Positions 37,261 to 48,896 of a stretch of DNA of 64,000 bases are shown here, in pieces. The notes under the pieces are model-generated. The model ran no database searches. It saw nothing but the letters and a program-made list of their open reading frames with translations, and was not told where the DNA came from. Location of the stretch: contig NIVC01000239.1 in the NCBI GenBank assembly GCA_002269645.1, positions 124,001-188,000 of the forward strand. Reading direction: 5' to 3'. Source of the stretch: Macrostomum lignano. Lineage: Eukaryota. How positions within the stretch are numbered: position 1 is the stretch's first letter; the number at the start of each line of letters is the position of its first letter. Both the position numbers and the translations under genes were made by a program.

Positions 37261-38577
37261 TCCATGTCTTCTTCATCTCAGTCAATATCCATCTTTTATG
37301 TTTTTCTCGTGTAGAGCTTAAGCTGCCTCGCAAAATCACTTTAGTTCCTGAATACCGTTTTAAGAAGTACTCGGATTCTTCATGCCATATTGAGTGTATC
37401 ATGTCCGCCACTTTCAAATAATGTAGTTCCCGTCGAGCAAATACACAGATCTATTTGTATAACTTGCATTTAGTTTAAATGCGATTTTTTTATCAGCAAC
37501 TTTCCTAGTTTTTTATTTAACAGGCGTCTCAAATTTATCTGTAGAACTTTGCTTTAAAAAGAGCGTAATATTAATTTTTACAGGCACTTATGTTGAGGTT
37601 GCTTTATCAGTTCATTTATTTGTGTTATGGCTATCTAAAATATGTACTCAGGCGGTTTCAAAATAATTTATTGCCTCGGTGTGCCTGCCCTGATGAATTG
37701 ATTTTTGTCTGCTTTGCCTTTGGCATGGCTGGTTAAGCTGTATTATTATACACGAGAGCCCAGCTGAGCCAGAAATATTGTTTGTTTCTCCATCCCCTGC
37801 GAATTGATTGCGGCCTGGCGTCCAGCGTTTGTTCGCCGATGAGGCAAGCCAAGCAGAGAAGGGCGCTGGAGAGAGAGCAGGATGCAGATGATGGTCCCAG
37901 AATCCCTGAGCAATAAAAATGGTGCGCGTATAGAATCGGAAATAATGCTTATAAAGAAGTCTAGTAATCTATTCAGCTATAGCTCTAGCGATCATCAAAT
38001 GAACGAGTTTTTGTCAGCTCAGTGCGAACTCTTACGCTTTATTAAAGTGCACTTGTTAAACTGATTGAATTTGCGTGGCGCACCAAAAAGGAATGACGCA
38101 AACGAATGACTGTTCTAAAAGGATCCCAGGAAGTTTTTCAATGATTCGCCATTCAGGGCCATCCTGCAGCCTCGTCTCTTGGTTTGGGCGAGAATTTCTG
38201 TAATTAACAAAAATTAGCGTGTCGCCTAAAGGAAAAATAGGGATTAATGTACCAGAGGGCGACGATACTATATAATTCAATGCGGATGACTTCTCCTATG
38301 CTTGACGCTCCTGCTCATTTTCATCTCGAGATTGATTATTTATTTATGCGAGCCGATGCGATGCACAGAAGCACGAGAGTGGCTGGCTGTCTCTTGCGCG
38401 TTGCATTCTACAGATTCTGCTTTGTTGAGAGCAAATATAATTTTCATCAAGCAAATACGGCTATGTCAAACGCTTGCTTATTTAGAATTAGCTCTCATCT
38501 TTGATCAGAAAGCTAGATACTGTTTGAATTTTGAAGAAAGTCCAGCTGTCAAATTTCTCATCTCGGCTGGTTTTGGG

Positions 38578-39351
38578 TCAAGCGTGACGCGACGAGCTGC
38601 CACCGCCGTCCGTTCGTTTCCTTCCTGACTCGCCTGAATGCGGCGGCTTTGCAGTCGGCGGCGGGGGCACAATGATGACCGGCTTGCGGGCATGGTGCAG
38701 CACGTAGTCGCTGACTGAGCCGACAAAGGTGCGCTTAATTGCGCCCATGCCCCTCGTGCCCATCACGATGAAGTCCACTTTTTCTTCTTTAGCTATCTTG
38801 ACAATGGCCTGGCCGGGTCCGTGAGCGATTCGTTCCAGAAATTTGATTCGCCCGATGCCGAGGCTGTCGCAGAGGGCTCGCACGTCTGTTGCCAGCTGTC
38901 TGGCCTCGCACAGTGTCTGGTCAATAGACCTGGCGTAGACCTCAGCGGCTAGGGTTCCCATTGTGCCGAAACCCACTGCCACTTCTGGCGGATCGGTCAC
39001 GTTGACGAAGATCACCAGGTCCCTGTCTTGGCGCAGGTGCTCGGCGTAGAATATGACGGCTCGTTCGCTGTGCTCGCTGCGATCCACGCCAATCAGGACG
39101 CGCCTGTGCTCTGCCTCGGCTGCCGCGCCAGAGTTGCTGACTGGAAATGGGCCGATTGTTATACTTCAATAGATGGATCGTTTCAAAACATTTTGCGTCT
39201 GGAGTCTACAATCTCAAGATTCTGAAAGTCCACCAACATCCGATCCTCTTGATGCATGCTATTTCTTACCTGATGCCGCAGAGTATCCGTGTCTGCAATC
39301 TGGCTGGCTTGTCTCCAACTTCTTTGACTTCCTGTGACCAGAGGCAGACAT
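38578..39351 (-). CDS. Universal stress protein (UspA-like): complement(join(38578..39140,39270..39351))
   Basis: RRVLIGVDRSEHSERA...GQAIVKIAKEEKVDFIVMGTRGMGAIKRTFVGSVSDYVLHHARKPVIIVP. Proposed first exon MSASGHRK... joins via GTAAGA...TTCCAG in phase 1; this first exon is less certain. Confidence 0.9.
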
Positions 39352-40524
39352 TTTCACCTTGGGGTGAGAAAAGGGCGTTGCTTAGAATGTCTGCCCGGGG
39401 TTTTCTTTCCTTTAAGAAGAGACTCTTCCACTGTGAGGGATTTGATTAGCGGATAGGTCTTGCAGCTTTCAGAGCGGCATATTTTCAAAGCCTAATGGAA
39501 CATTTCAAGCTTCTCAATAACTGCGGTACGGCTGAACTTGCAAATGTGGTCTTTATTTATACTCAGACATGCTCCGGCATGCAAATCGAGAGGCTGTTCC
39601 TTTCTAGTCGACGGGCGAGCCATGAATTATTCCTTGTTATATCCATGTCTGGTCATGTTAGACAGGCAAACCTTTAGCTCTATGTAATGACACACTACAG
39701 TCCAAAGGCTTCAGAAGACTGCCGCGTGTTCTCAGTCTCTTTGCAGCTGAGCAGCTCGATCGATAATTTTTCTGAACAGGCTTTTGCCTTGTACTGCAAT
39801 TAGGCCCCAGAGAAAGTACATTTTGTAGAAACCTTCTTTCAGCGCCTATAATTCTAAATTGAAATGGAAATATGCGTTCAAATTACCTTTTTGCAAATTT
39901 GGACTGCTTTTAAAAGCAACTATACTTTGCTTCTTTTTTTGATTCGATTCCCAGGCTATGAGAGATGGGATACTCTCTTGGTTCGTGTCCGGTTTCTCTT
40001 GCTGCTCTCCAGCCGAACTGCTGCTGTATGTTCTTTCGGTCCTCTCTCTTTTTTTATCGAATCGGATCGCAGTGTCCCCCGCCTGCTCTCCTCTCTCCTC
40101 TTGGATTGCTCCTTCTCTTTCTCAGCCTCAGCTGGCACCGTCACAGCTGATTTGCCCATACAGACTCAAGAATTGCTTACGTACTGATTCTAGAGTGGCC
40201 CATTGGCCAAAAAAGTTGAGCGTCCATCCCCTTCCCTGTTCACTTAACGGCTAATTCGATGGGGGACCTTGGCAGGCTTGCTCAATCAATGCTGGCATTG
40301 CCAAGGCCCGGTCTGCTCAAGCAATTGCCTTTCTTTTGTGTTCCCAATGCTCTTATCTAACCCACTCTGGCGCGCTGGTTTTGCTGCAGCGTTTCCCTAT
40401 CGCTAAGATCTTATCTTTATAATAAACTAGGTCTGGCTGTCACGCAATTTTCTACCTATTTAGGCATATATAGCATTTCCTGGAGTCTATTTGAGTTCTC
40501 TTGCCCTCCCCAGACCATGTGGTA

Positions 40525-40965
40525 GCTAGTGTGGATGGCATCCCACCTACAGACTGTGCGGTAGTGTGGATGGCACCCCACCTACAGACTGTGCGGTAGT
40601 GTGGATGGCACCCCACCTACAGACTGTGCGGTTGTGTGGATGGCACCCCACCTACAGACTGTGTGGTTGTGTGGATGGCACCCCACCTACAGACTGTGCG
40701 GTTGTGTGGATGGCACCCCACCTACAGACTGTGCGGTTGTGTGGATGGCACCCCACCTACAGACTGTGCGGTTGTGTGGATGGCGCCCCACCTACAGACT
40801 GTGTGGTAGAGTGGATGGCGCCCCACCTACAGACTGTGCGGTAGTGTGGATGGCACCCCACCTACAGACTGTGCGGTTGTGTGGATGGCACCCCACCTAC
40901 AGACTGTGTGGTAGTGTGGATGGCACCCCACCTACAGACTGTGCGGTAGTGTGGATGGCATCCCA
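40525..40965. repeat. 35-bp minisatellite
   Basis: Unit GTGGATGGCACCCCACCTACAGACTGTGCGGTTGT. Confidence 0.95.
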
Positions 40966-41070
40966 TTAGGCCATTAAATTTTTGCTACAAATAATTCCTG
41001 ATTCTGAACCCAAAAAAGTAAAATCCCGTAACTGTCCACATCCGCGCCATTTTCTTCCTGGCGCCGCCAG

Positions 41071-42170
41071 CAAACCAACTGAAGCGCGCAAAGAAGGCGC
41101 AACAGCGGCGCAACAGGCTGGCAAAGGACAAGCTGCCCGCGGCCAGTCCCGCCAAACTGCTGGACGACGCCGAAGCAGCCGCGGCAAACGGAGACCCCTC
41201 AACCGCCCTGGCCCTGACGGAGGCCGCCGTCCGCTCGCTGAAGCCGTCGAACCTCGCCGCCACCGATGTCAGCCTGCTGGAGCGGGCCGGCGTCCGCCTG
41301 CTGGAGCTCGGACAGCCGGACGGCGCGCTCGACTGCCTGCTTAGGTGCGCGGCCGCGGCTCCGGACACTGGGCACGCCAAGTTCTTCTACCTGGCCCAAC
41401 TCAGCAGCGGAGAGGCGGCCCTTGTCTACCTGGACAGGGGCATCGAATTGTTGACTGCCGCATCGAATAGTTCCGCTACCGCCACTGCAGCCTCCGCATC
41501 CGCTTCATCATCAGTCAGTCAGGAATTGGCGTCGGCGTGGTGCGCTCGCTGCGAGCTGTTCATGACCGACCTGTGCGACCGGCCGGACGCGGAGGCGCAG
41601 TGCGAGGCGGCCCTGGCAGAGGCGCTGGCCCGCCGGCCGGACAGCGCCGAGGCTCTGCAGCAGCGGGCCGGCCTGCGGCTGGTGCAGCAGCGGCCCGAGG
41701 AGGCGCTGGCCGACCTGCGCCTCAGCCTGAACCTCTGGCTGCCCCTGCGCCGCCAGGCCGCCGAGGCCGCCGAAGTCCACGACGACGAGAACGGCGCGGC
41801 CGTCGCGGACCCCGACGAGTGCGGCCTGACTGCCGAGCAGCGGCTGCGCTGCGCAGAGATGCTGTTGGAACTCGGCGAGCTGGATACCTGCGTCGACGTC
41901 CTGGACTTGCTGATGGAGGAGGACGACGAGGTCGCCCAGGTGTGGCTGCTGTTCGGCTTAGCCTACAGTCGCCAAGGCAACGCATCTGCGGCCCGCTACC
42001 ACCTGCAGAAAGCGCGCGCCCTGGTGGAGCCCGGCGACCCGGTGGCCGGCGAGATCGACCAGCTGTTGAGCGAGCTGCCGCCAGAGGGAGAGGACGATGC
42101 GAGCGGAGCCAAAGATGCTGGTGCAAATGATGATGAAGAGCTGGACGAAGAGTTTGAGGAGGGAGAGTGA
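41071..42170 (+). CDS. ACL4: TPR protein, probable assembly chaperone of ribosomal protein uL4 (Acl4-like); 5' exon unresolved
   Basis: The frame of ORF 41448-42170 is open upstream to a pyrimidine tract plus CAG acceptor (41070). Motifs GHAKFFYLAQLSSGEAAL, SAWCARCELFMTDLCDRPDAEAQCE, EALQQRAGLRLVQQ, EDDEVAQVWLLFG; acidic tail. Confidence 0.82.
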
Positions 42171-42309
42171 AGCTTGGCATCGTACTGTAATGAAATTTTA
42201 CTTGTCAGTTGCGTCTTATTCTACTCGTTAGTAGGCAGTTGACTGCTACAAAGATGCATTTTTAAGTTGAATGTTCCCGGTTGAAAAAAATACTGGATTA
42301 GCCCATTGA

Positions 42310-43485
42310 AATTGGCCCGCTCATCGGCCACTTCGTGTCAGAAAAGCCCGCTCTAAAAGCCCGCTCATTTTTCCAAATCAACGAGTCTCTCAAATCGGCC
42401 CGTTCCACGGCCCGCTTCTGGGCCCGCTGGCTGGCCCGCTGGTTGGCCCGTTCTAAACCGGCCCGCTGGCTGGCCCGTTGTTTGGCCCGGTGGCTGGCCC
42501 GTTGGTTGGCCCGCTCACTGGCCCACTCATTGACCCGTTCTAAACCGGCCTACTGGCTGGCCCGCTGATTGGCCCCCTCATTGGCCCGTTCTAAACCGGC
42601 CCGCTGGTTGGCCCGTTGGTTGGCCCGCTGATTGGCCCGTTCTTAACCGGCCCGCTGGTTGGCCCGTTGGTTGGCCCGCTCATTGGCCCACTCATTGACC
42701 CGTTGTAAACCGGCCTGCTGGCTGGCCCGCTCATTGGCCCGTTCTAAACCGGCCTACTGGCTGGCCCGCTGATTGGCCCCCTCATTGGCCCGTTCTAAAC
42801 CGGCCCGCTGGTTGGCCCGTTGGTTGGCCCGCTGATTGGCCCGTTCTTAACCGGCCCGCTGGTTGGCCCGTTGGTTGGCCCGCTCATTGGCCCACTCATT
42901 GACCCGTTGTAAACAGGCCTGCTGGCTGGCCCGCTCATTGGCCCGTTCTAAACCAGCCCGCTCATTGGCCCGTTCTAAACCGGCCCGCTCATTGGCCCGT
43001 TCTGAACCGGCCCGCTGGCTGGCCAGTTGGTTGGCCCGCTGGTTGGCCCGTTCTAAACCGGCCCGCTGGTTGGCCCGTTGGTTGGCCCGCTGGCTGGCCC
43101 GCTCACTGGCCCGTTCTAAACCGGCCCGCTGGCTGGCCCGTTGTTTGGCCCGGTGGCTGGCCCGTTGGTTGGCCCGCTCACTGGCCCACTCATTGACCCG
43201 TTCTAAACCGGCCTGCTGGCTGGCCCGCTCATTGGCCCGTTCTAAACCAGCCCGCTGGCTGGCCCGTTGGTTGGCCCGCTGGTTGGCCCGTTCTAAACCG
43301 GCCCGCTGGTTGGCCCGCTGATTAGCCCGCTGGTTGGCCCGCTCACTGGCCCACTCATTGACCCGTTGTAAACCGGCCTGCTGGCTGGCCCGCTCATTGG
43401 CCCGTTCTAAACCGGCCCGCTGGCTGTCCTGTTGGTTGGCCCGCTGGTTGGCCCGTTCTAAACCGGCCCTCTGGTTGGCCCGCTG
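42310..43485. repeat. Left subterminal array (GGCCCGCTGGTT / GGCCCGTTCTAAACC modules)
   Basis: Dense GGCCCG motifs; reverse complement of the array at 46160-46925. Confidence 0.9.
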
Positions 43486-43815
43486 AACGAACAAAAAAAA
43501 TAAGTAAAGAAGCAAAATAAGCATGAGATTTCTAAGTCAGACCGATGAGCCGTACAATTAGCTTTTTTATAAAAACCGGGAATATACTTCATCGGATCTG
43601 GTAAAAACAAAGAGATGTTAAGGTTAAAATTGAATACTAGTATTTTTTCATGGTGGCACGAATAGCTAAAAGAGCTAATATAGCTAATAGAGCTATCTGA
43701 GCTAAAAGAGCTAATATATAAAAGAGCAACCCTAGCCTCAGAGTCTATTCTCAACCCAAAGTAATGTTTGTCAGCATAGTGAAAAATTGTCACCACAATC
43801 GAGGCCTAGTCTCTA

Positions 43816-45751
43816 CTACTCGCTTTCCTCTTCATTTTCTGCGCAGGCGCCACTTTTCGCAGACGAACTCTCCCGATCCCGTACGGTCCTGACTGTAGGG
43901 CGGAAGACCTCGCCGAGTTCGGCGTCTGTGAATAGTTTTTTGTCCTCCTCTGAGACCAGTTTACTGGCCAGGTAGGACCGTATGGCCGCCTTCTTGGAGC
44001 TATCCAGCTCAACCCGGTTGGCCGCTTTCTCTCCTTTCACCTGTCGACCAGCCCAAGATGCGGTTCGCAGGTCTTGCTCAGGGCACACAGCAAGTATGAC
44101 TAGCCGAATGGCTCGTCTGCGAATCTTGTTATTGTTTGCGGCTTTTCGCATTTCAACTGCTGCGGCTTCCAATTTTGTCAGGGCCAACGGACAAACCGTG
44201 ACACCGGGAAATGCAGCTATCAGCGGCACACGTTTCGACGACTGGTTGCCCATCATGGAGGTCGATATATTTGCGATTGCCGTCGCAATGGCGTGGCTCA
44301 CAAATCCACTGGTAAGCTGCGATGACGTCGAGCCACTTGGCTCGGCATCGATGCCGATATCGGCAGCAGCTGATGACGACTCTCCGGGTGCAGTACTCGA
44401 ACCAGCGACCAACGTTTCGTAGTCACTAATAGAGCGCACCAGACTTTCGAGGTGGCTGCATGATTCTGTAGTTCTACGTGCCACCTCGTTGGCCGACCGC
44501 GCCTGCGCCGTGACGAACCGTAGCGTCTCAAGTATCTGAGAATTCGCATGCATGGAACTTGCAAGACGGGTGTCATACTTTTGCAGCACGTCATCTTTCT
44601 GTGCCAGTTCCTGTTTCAGCTGCTCATTCTCAGACCGAATGGCCTCATTCTCAATCTTCAGGTTGGCTGCATCAGTTTCAGCAGCCCCCCGCTTGTCCGT
44701 CTCTTCTCGATTTGCCTCACGTAGGTCACGACATTCGATGTCGAGGTTCCGGCAGCGCGGGCATCCGGCATCAGGGTGATTTATAACGGGTTGCACGCGC
44801 CTATAGGCGCCTGCAGAGCCCGACCCCATTAAAGTTGCCGATTTGGCCAGGTTGTCCCGGGCAGCGTAGGCGGACTTCCTATCCGGAAAAGGCCCGGCTG
44901 TCAGGAAAGCGTCGAAAGTTTTTGCACTCGGGCTATGGCCAGTCCGTACTTGTACTTTAACGCCGACTGTTCGTGTTACGGGGTCCGGGTCGACGATGCA
45001 CTTTTGGTCGATGGCCATAACTTTGCCGGTGTTAGTGTACGTGAGCACCCACCAAATAGCTTTGTGGATGACCATGACACGGGGCGCCTTAGCCTTTGGT
45101 GGTCCACCGGCCCTATTGCGATGCCGCATCTCCTTTCTCGACTCTAGATCTGGCTCGCTCGATGAGTCAGATAGAGATTCGCGATGCCGATGCCTATCGG
45201 CATTGGCTTCGGCTTTCCGTTTTGTAGTAGAGCCGGTCGGCTCCGCGGACACGGCCGTGCTCATATCGGAGCCGATTAGCGCCGTTGAAGTGGCGTCGTG
45301 GGCTTTAGGGAGCGTCCTCACAATCGTCGCACTGCTCGATGGCGTCCAACGCCATTGGAGCGCCACTCCAATAGTCGTCATCTGGAGCTTCTTCGCCTGG
45401 TTCCTCAACGATAGATCTAGAAGATACGTCCTCATCGTCGTTGTCTGAATACTGCGAGCCGGTAGGCTCGACGACCATGGGAGTCTGGACGCCACTGCTA
45501 CATCCACCTGTTGCCAATGCTGGCTGCCAGCTGCTGCCAACACTGGCTACACTGTTGCTTGTTTGCGCGTCATGAGTGGTTGGTACGTCATGAGTGGTCC
45601 GAGTTGCAGTTAGTAAATGGCTCACTGAAGCTTCTGCTCGTGTCGGACGGGCTGTCGCCGCAACTGTCTGTCTGAGTGATTCTTTGAGTCGACTGAAGCG
45701 CCGTGCGATGGCAACTGACTTCTTGTCGAGCTCTTTTAGTCGTTCAAGTGA
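43816..45751 (-). CDS. Coiled-coil plus C-terminal BEN-domain protein; 1-bp frameshift near 45308; upstream exon not located
   Basis: Acceptor TTTTCAG at 45752. The frame SLERLKELD...DCEDAP shifts to PKAHDAT... The protein has CPRC, a heptad-rich segment, and C-terminal RRAIRLVILAVCPEQDLRTASWAG...VELDSSKKAAIRSYL...FRPTVRTVRDR matching the BEN pattern (LF..eeL..s..G...LD..k..aIr.y). Confidence 0.65.
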
Positions 45752-46159
45752 CTGAAAATGAAGAAATTGAATACCTGTGTGACTAGGAGAGAATCCGTAC
45801 TAAAATTGTTAATTAACAAATACCATCATTCTACTATCAGTTTGAATCAGTTTGCTATCTTAGCCCAAGAGCCAACAAAGGGCGAAGCAATGGTTTCACA
45901 CTAAACTGGGTGATATCTGAAGTACATACGTCACAACGTAGCGCGATATACAAATTGCTGTGGGCGTATAAGGCGATAAAAATAAATAAAATTGACACAC
46001 TCATTGTACATGTCATCATGAAATTTGTGTATGCACAGTTTATTGGACAGCATTAGTGCTCTACAAATCAAATAATTGCCCGAGCGCCAAGACACCGCAA
46101 AAGTTTACACGTACAAGTTTATACACCATTTGATAAGATTATCACGTTCACAACAAGTC

Positions 46160-46925
46160 AGCGGGCCGGTTTAGAACGGGTCAGTGAGCGGGCCAACCAG
46201 CGGGCCGTGCAGCGGGCCGGTTTAGAACGGACCATTGAGCGGGCCAACCAGCGGGCCGGTTTAGAACGGGCCAACCAGCGGGCCAACCAGCGGGCCAACC
46301 AGCGGGCCGGTTTAGAACGGGCCAACCAGCGGGCCAACCAGCGGGCCAACTAGTGGGCCGAGCAGCGGGCCGGTTTAGATCGGGCCAGTGAGCGGGCCAA
46401 CCAGCGGGCCGTGCAGCGGGCCGGTTTAGAACGGACCATTGAGCGGGCCAACCAGCGGGCCAACCAGCGGGCCGGTTTAGAACGGGCCAACCAGCGGGCC
46501 AGTGAGCGGGCCAACTAGTGGGCCGAGCAGCTGGCCGGTTTAGAACGGACCATTGAGCGGGCCAACCAGCGGGCCAACCAGCGGGCCGGTTTAGAACGGG
46601 CCAACCAGCGGGCCAGTGAGCGGGCCAACTAGTGGGCCGAGCAGCTGGCCGGTTTAGAACGGGCCATTGAGCGGGCCAACCAGCGGGCCAACCAGTGGGC
46701 CGCGCAGCGGGCCGGTTTAGAACGGGCCAGTGAGCGGGCCAACCAGCGGGCTAATCAGCGGGCCGATCTGCGGATCGGTTTCGAGCGGGCCATTAGCGGG
46801 CTAATCAGCGGGCTTCAGAGCAGGCCGGGTTTCAGCGGGCCAATTTGTTGTAAAAGGCCTGTAATACGGGCCGATTCGCTTCGGCCCGCTAATGGCCCGC
46901 TCAAAAGCCCACTGAGGCCCGCTAA
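46160..46925. repeat. Right subterminal array (CAGCGGGCC / GGTTTAGAACGGGCC)
   Basis: Inverse of the left array. Confidence 0.9.
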
Positions 46926-47170
46926 GTTTTTCAACCGGGGTTAACTCTTGTCTTGCATGTTGTCTTTTGTTTCGCCTGAATTGATCATGCTGCAGATCGA
47001 TTTTCTTGCTGTCTGTCTTGCTGCTTCCAGAGAGATCAAAGCAATTTTGGCTAAATAAAATGAAAGTGTTATTTATAGCCAGTAGTAATTGTGCTCGCGA
47101 GGCGGCAGTCTGATGCCTCTGGATAAATGCTGAGTGCTGACGGTCTTAAATGATTTGTCTATCAATTAAT

Positions 47171-48374
47171 CGAAGGCTTTCCCAAAAGCAGTTATACTTT
47201 TCCACTATATCGCTTGTTCTGCTGATCCAAATAACATCATTTTGCACAGATTTATAGCGGCAACTCTCTTCCACAAGTTCCACAAGTCATCCCCACGATC
47301 AGCAGCCCTGATGATACGGTCTCTTGCTTAAACAATAGCGCACTGCCGAGGCTGCTGTTCCATGATATCTTCATCGAATTCTGCTTCAAATTCATCGATT
47401 CCATCTTCTTCCAGCAATTCATCGTCTTCTTCAATCTGATCTTCAGTATTCATATCGTTTCTTGTTGCGTAACGATTGTGCAGTAATGCAGTACACGAAA
47501 AACAAAATAGTTAGATTATTAATGTACTAAAAATGTCTGTCGAAATAGAATGACTGTTTTTTTTATTTCAAATCTACGCATGCGCGTCACTCGGGGACAA
47601 TTTTGGCCACAGACAGTCTGAATTGAAGTTCTTCTGTTTCAATAGAAAGGGACTTTGTTTGAAATATTCTGTTGCTTTAAAAGCTATATGCTTCTCCAAG
47701 TTTTCCCATAGATATCTCTGTCACAGCAGCTTAAAAAAGGAGTCTGAGTGCATTCAATCAAAATTACTTTCGCTACTTTCTGCTAGCTTGTCGAATTACT
47801 GTAAGTCTATGGTCGAGGTCCTGCTACATTTTAGTTTTTACCTTTTGTTTCCATTGTCTTGATACATTATTTTACCTCCTATTTTGAACAGTCTTGTTCA
47901 AAAGAAACAAGCAGAACTTCAATTCAAACACTTTAAGAAATAACAGCCCTTGCGGAAATTCAATTCAAACGGGGCTTCAGCTTGATTGCTTTTTGTTCCC
48001 TAGCTCCTTCTGCTGCACTAAAAGTCAGGGATGTGCATTGAAGTGTTGCTCAGAGGAGTGTGTTATACACCCTTTGGGGAACGGGGCACAGTTGAGCCGA
48101 GATTAATGCTCAACTTTCATCGGCTCATGGGTCTACCGCAGTCATTTTGCAGCATTCACTGCAGCCAGTTACCCGCTTGTGAGCTACAAGTCTATTGTCG
48201 AGGTCCTGCTACATTTTAGTTTATAACTTTTGTTTCCATTGTCTGTTTTTAACGATGTTAAAGATAATTATAAAGAAGAGAGTTGCCGCTATAAATCTGT
48301 GCAAAATGGTGTTATTTGGATCAGCAGAACAAGAAATATAGTGAAAAGTATAACTACTTTTGGGACAGCCCTCG
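47171..48374. mobile_element. Non-autonomous Tc1/mariner-like element with ~100-bp TIRs
   Basis: 47171-47271 is the near reverse complement of ~48275-48374. The terminus CGAGGGCTGTCCCAAAAGT resembles mariner TIRs. TA follows the right end; the left TA is degenerate. Confidence 0.6.
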
Positions 48375-48896
48375 TATTTAGCATAATGAGTCGATAAACA
48401 AAGACTTGCAAATTAAAATATTTAAACAACGTCGGCTGTTAAAACAGATCGTGAAAAAGTTCGATGAGCGACAAATCAAATGTTTATTTTTACTCATTTT
48501 CATGCAAGTAAATTTTGATGAGAAAATAGTAGCCGCAACTTCGGATTATTAGTTTCCATAACAACAATTAATGCGACAAAATGCAGCAACCAATGGTTTG
48601 TCTTATTTAAGAGAAAAAAATAAGTCTTCGGAGTTATATTCGAACTTGGACACAAATAGAAATTAACAGACAGACAGCCGGGTCAACAAGCAAAATGCAG
48701 CTCAACACACGGGCATTCGAGTTGGCAATGACGCTGCGGTAGAATGAGAACGATTAATATGCGATAAATAAGGAACTTGAAGCGAGTTTTTTACTTTTAA
48801 TTTATGTGACATTGTGGTACGCGAATAGTACTGATAATAAAAATAATTAGCGGAAAGCCAGCCTCGAACACAGTATTCGGAAAGCTTCTCATCTAT

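Larger units (their letters stand above)
42276..46939 (-). mobile_element. TIR DNA element, 4.66 kb, no transposase, encodes a BEN-domain protein (possibly CACTA/EnSpm-related)
   Basis: 13-bp TIR CCCGGTTGAAAAA. GTT flanks both ends (42273-42275, 46940-46942), consistent with a 3-bp TSD. Long subterminal arrays in opposite orientation. Confidence 0.8.

Noticed and set aside
43982-45448. Plus-strand ORFs inside the BEN element; likewise antisense ORFs over PGD, USP, ACL4 and CSE1L exons
   Set aside because: They are shadow frames of GC-rich coding sequence on the opposite strand.
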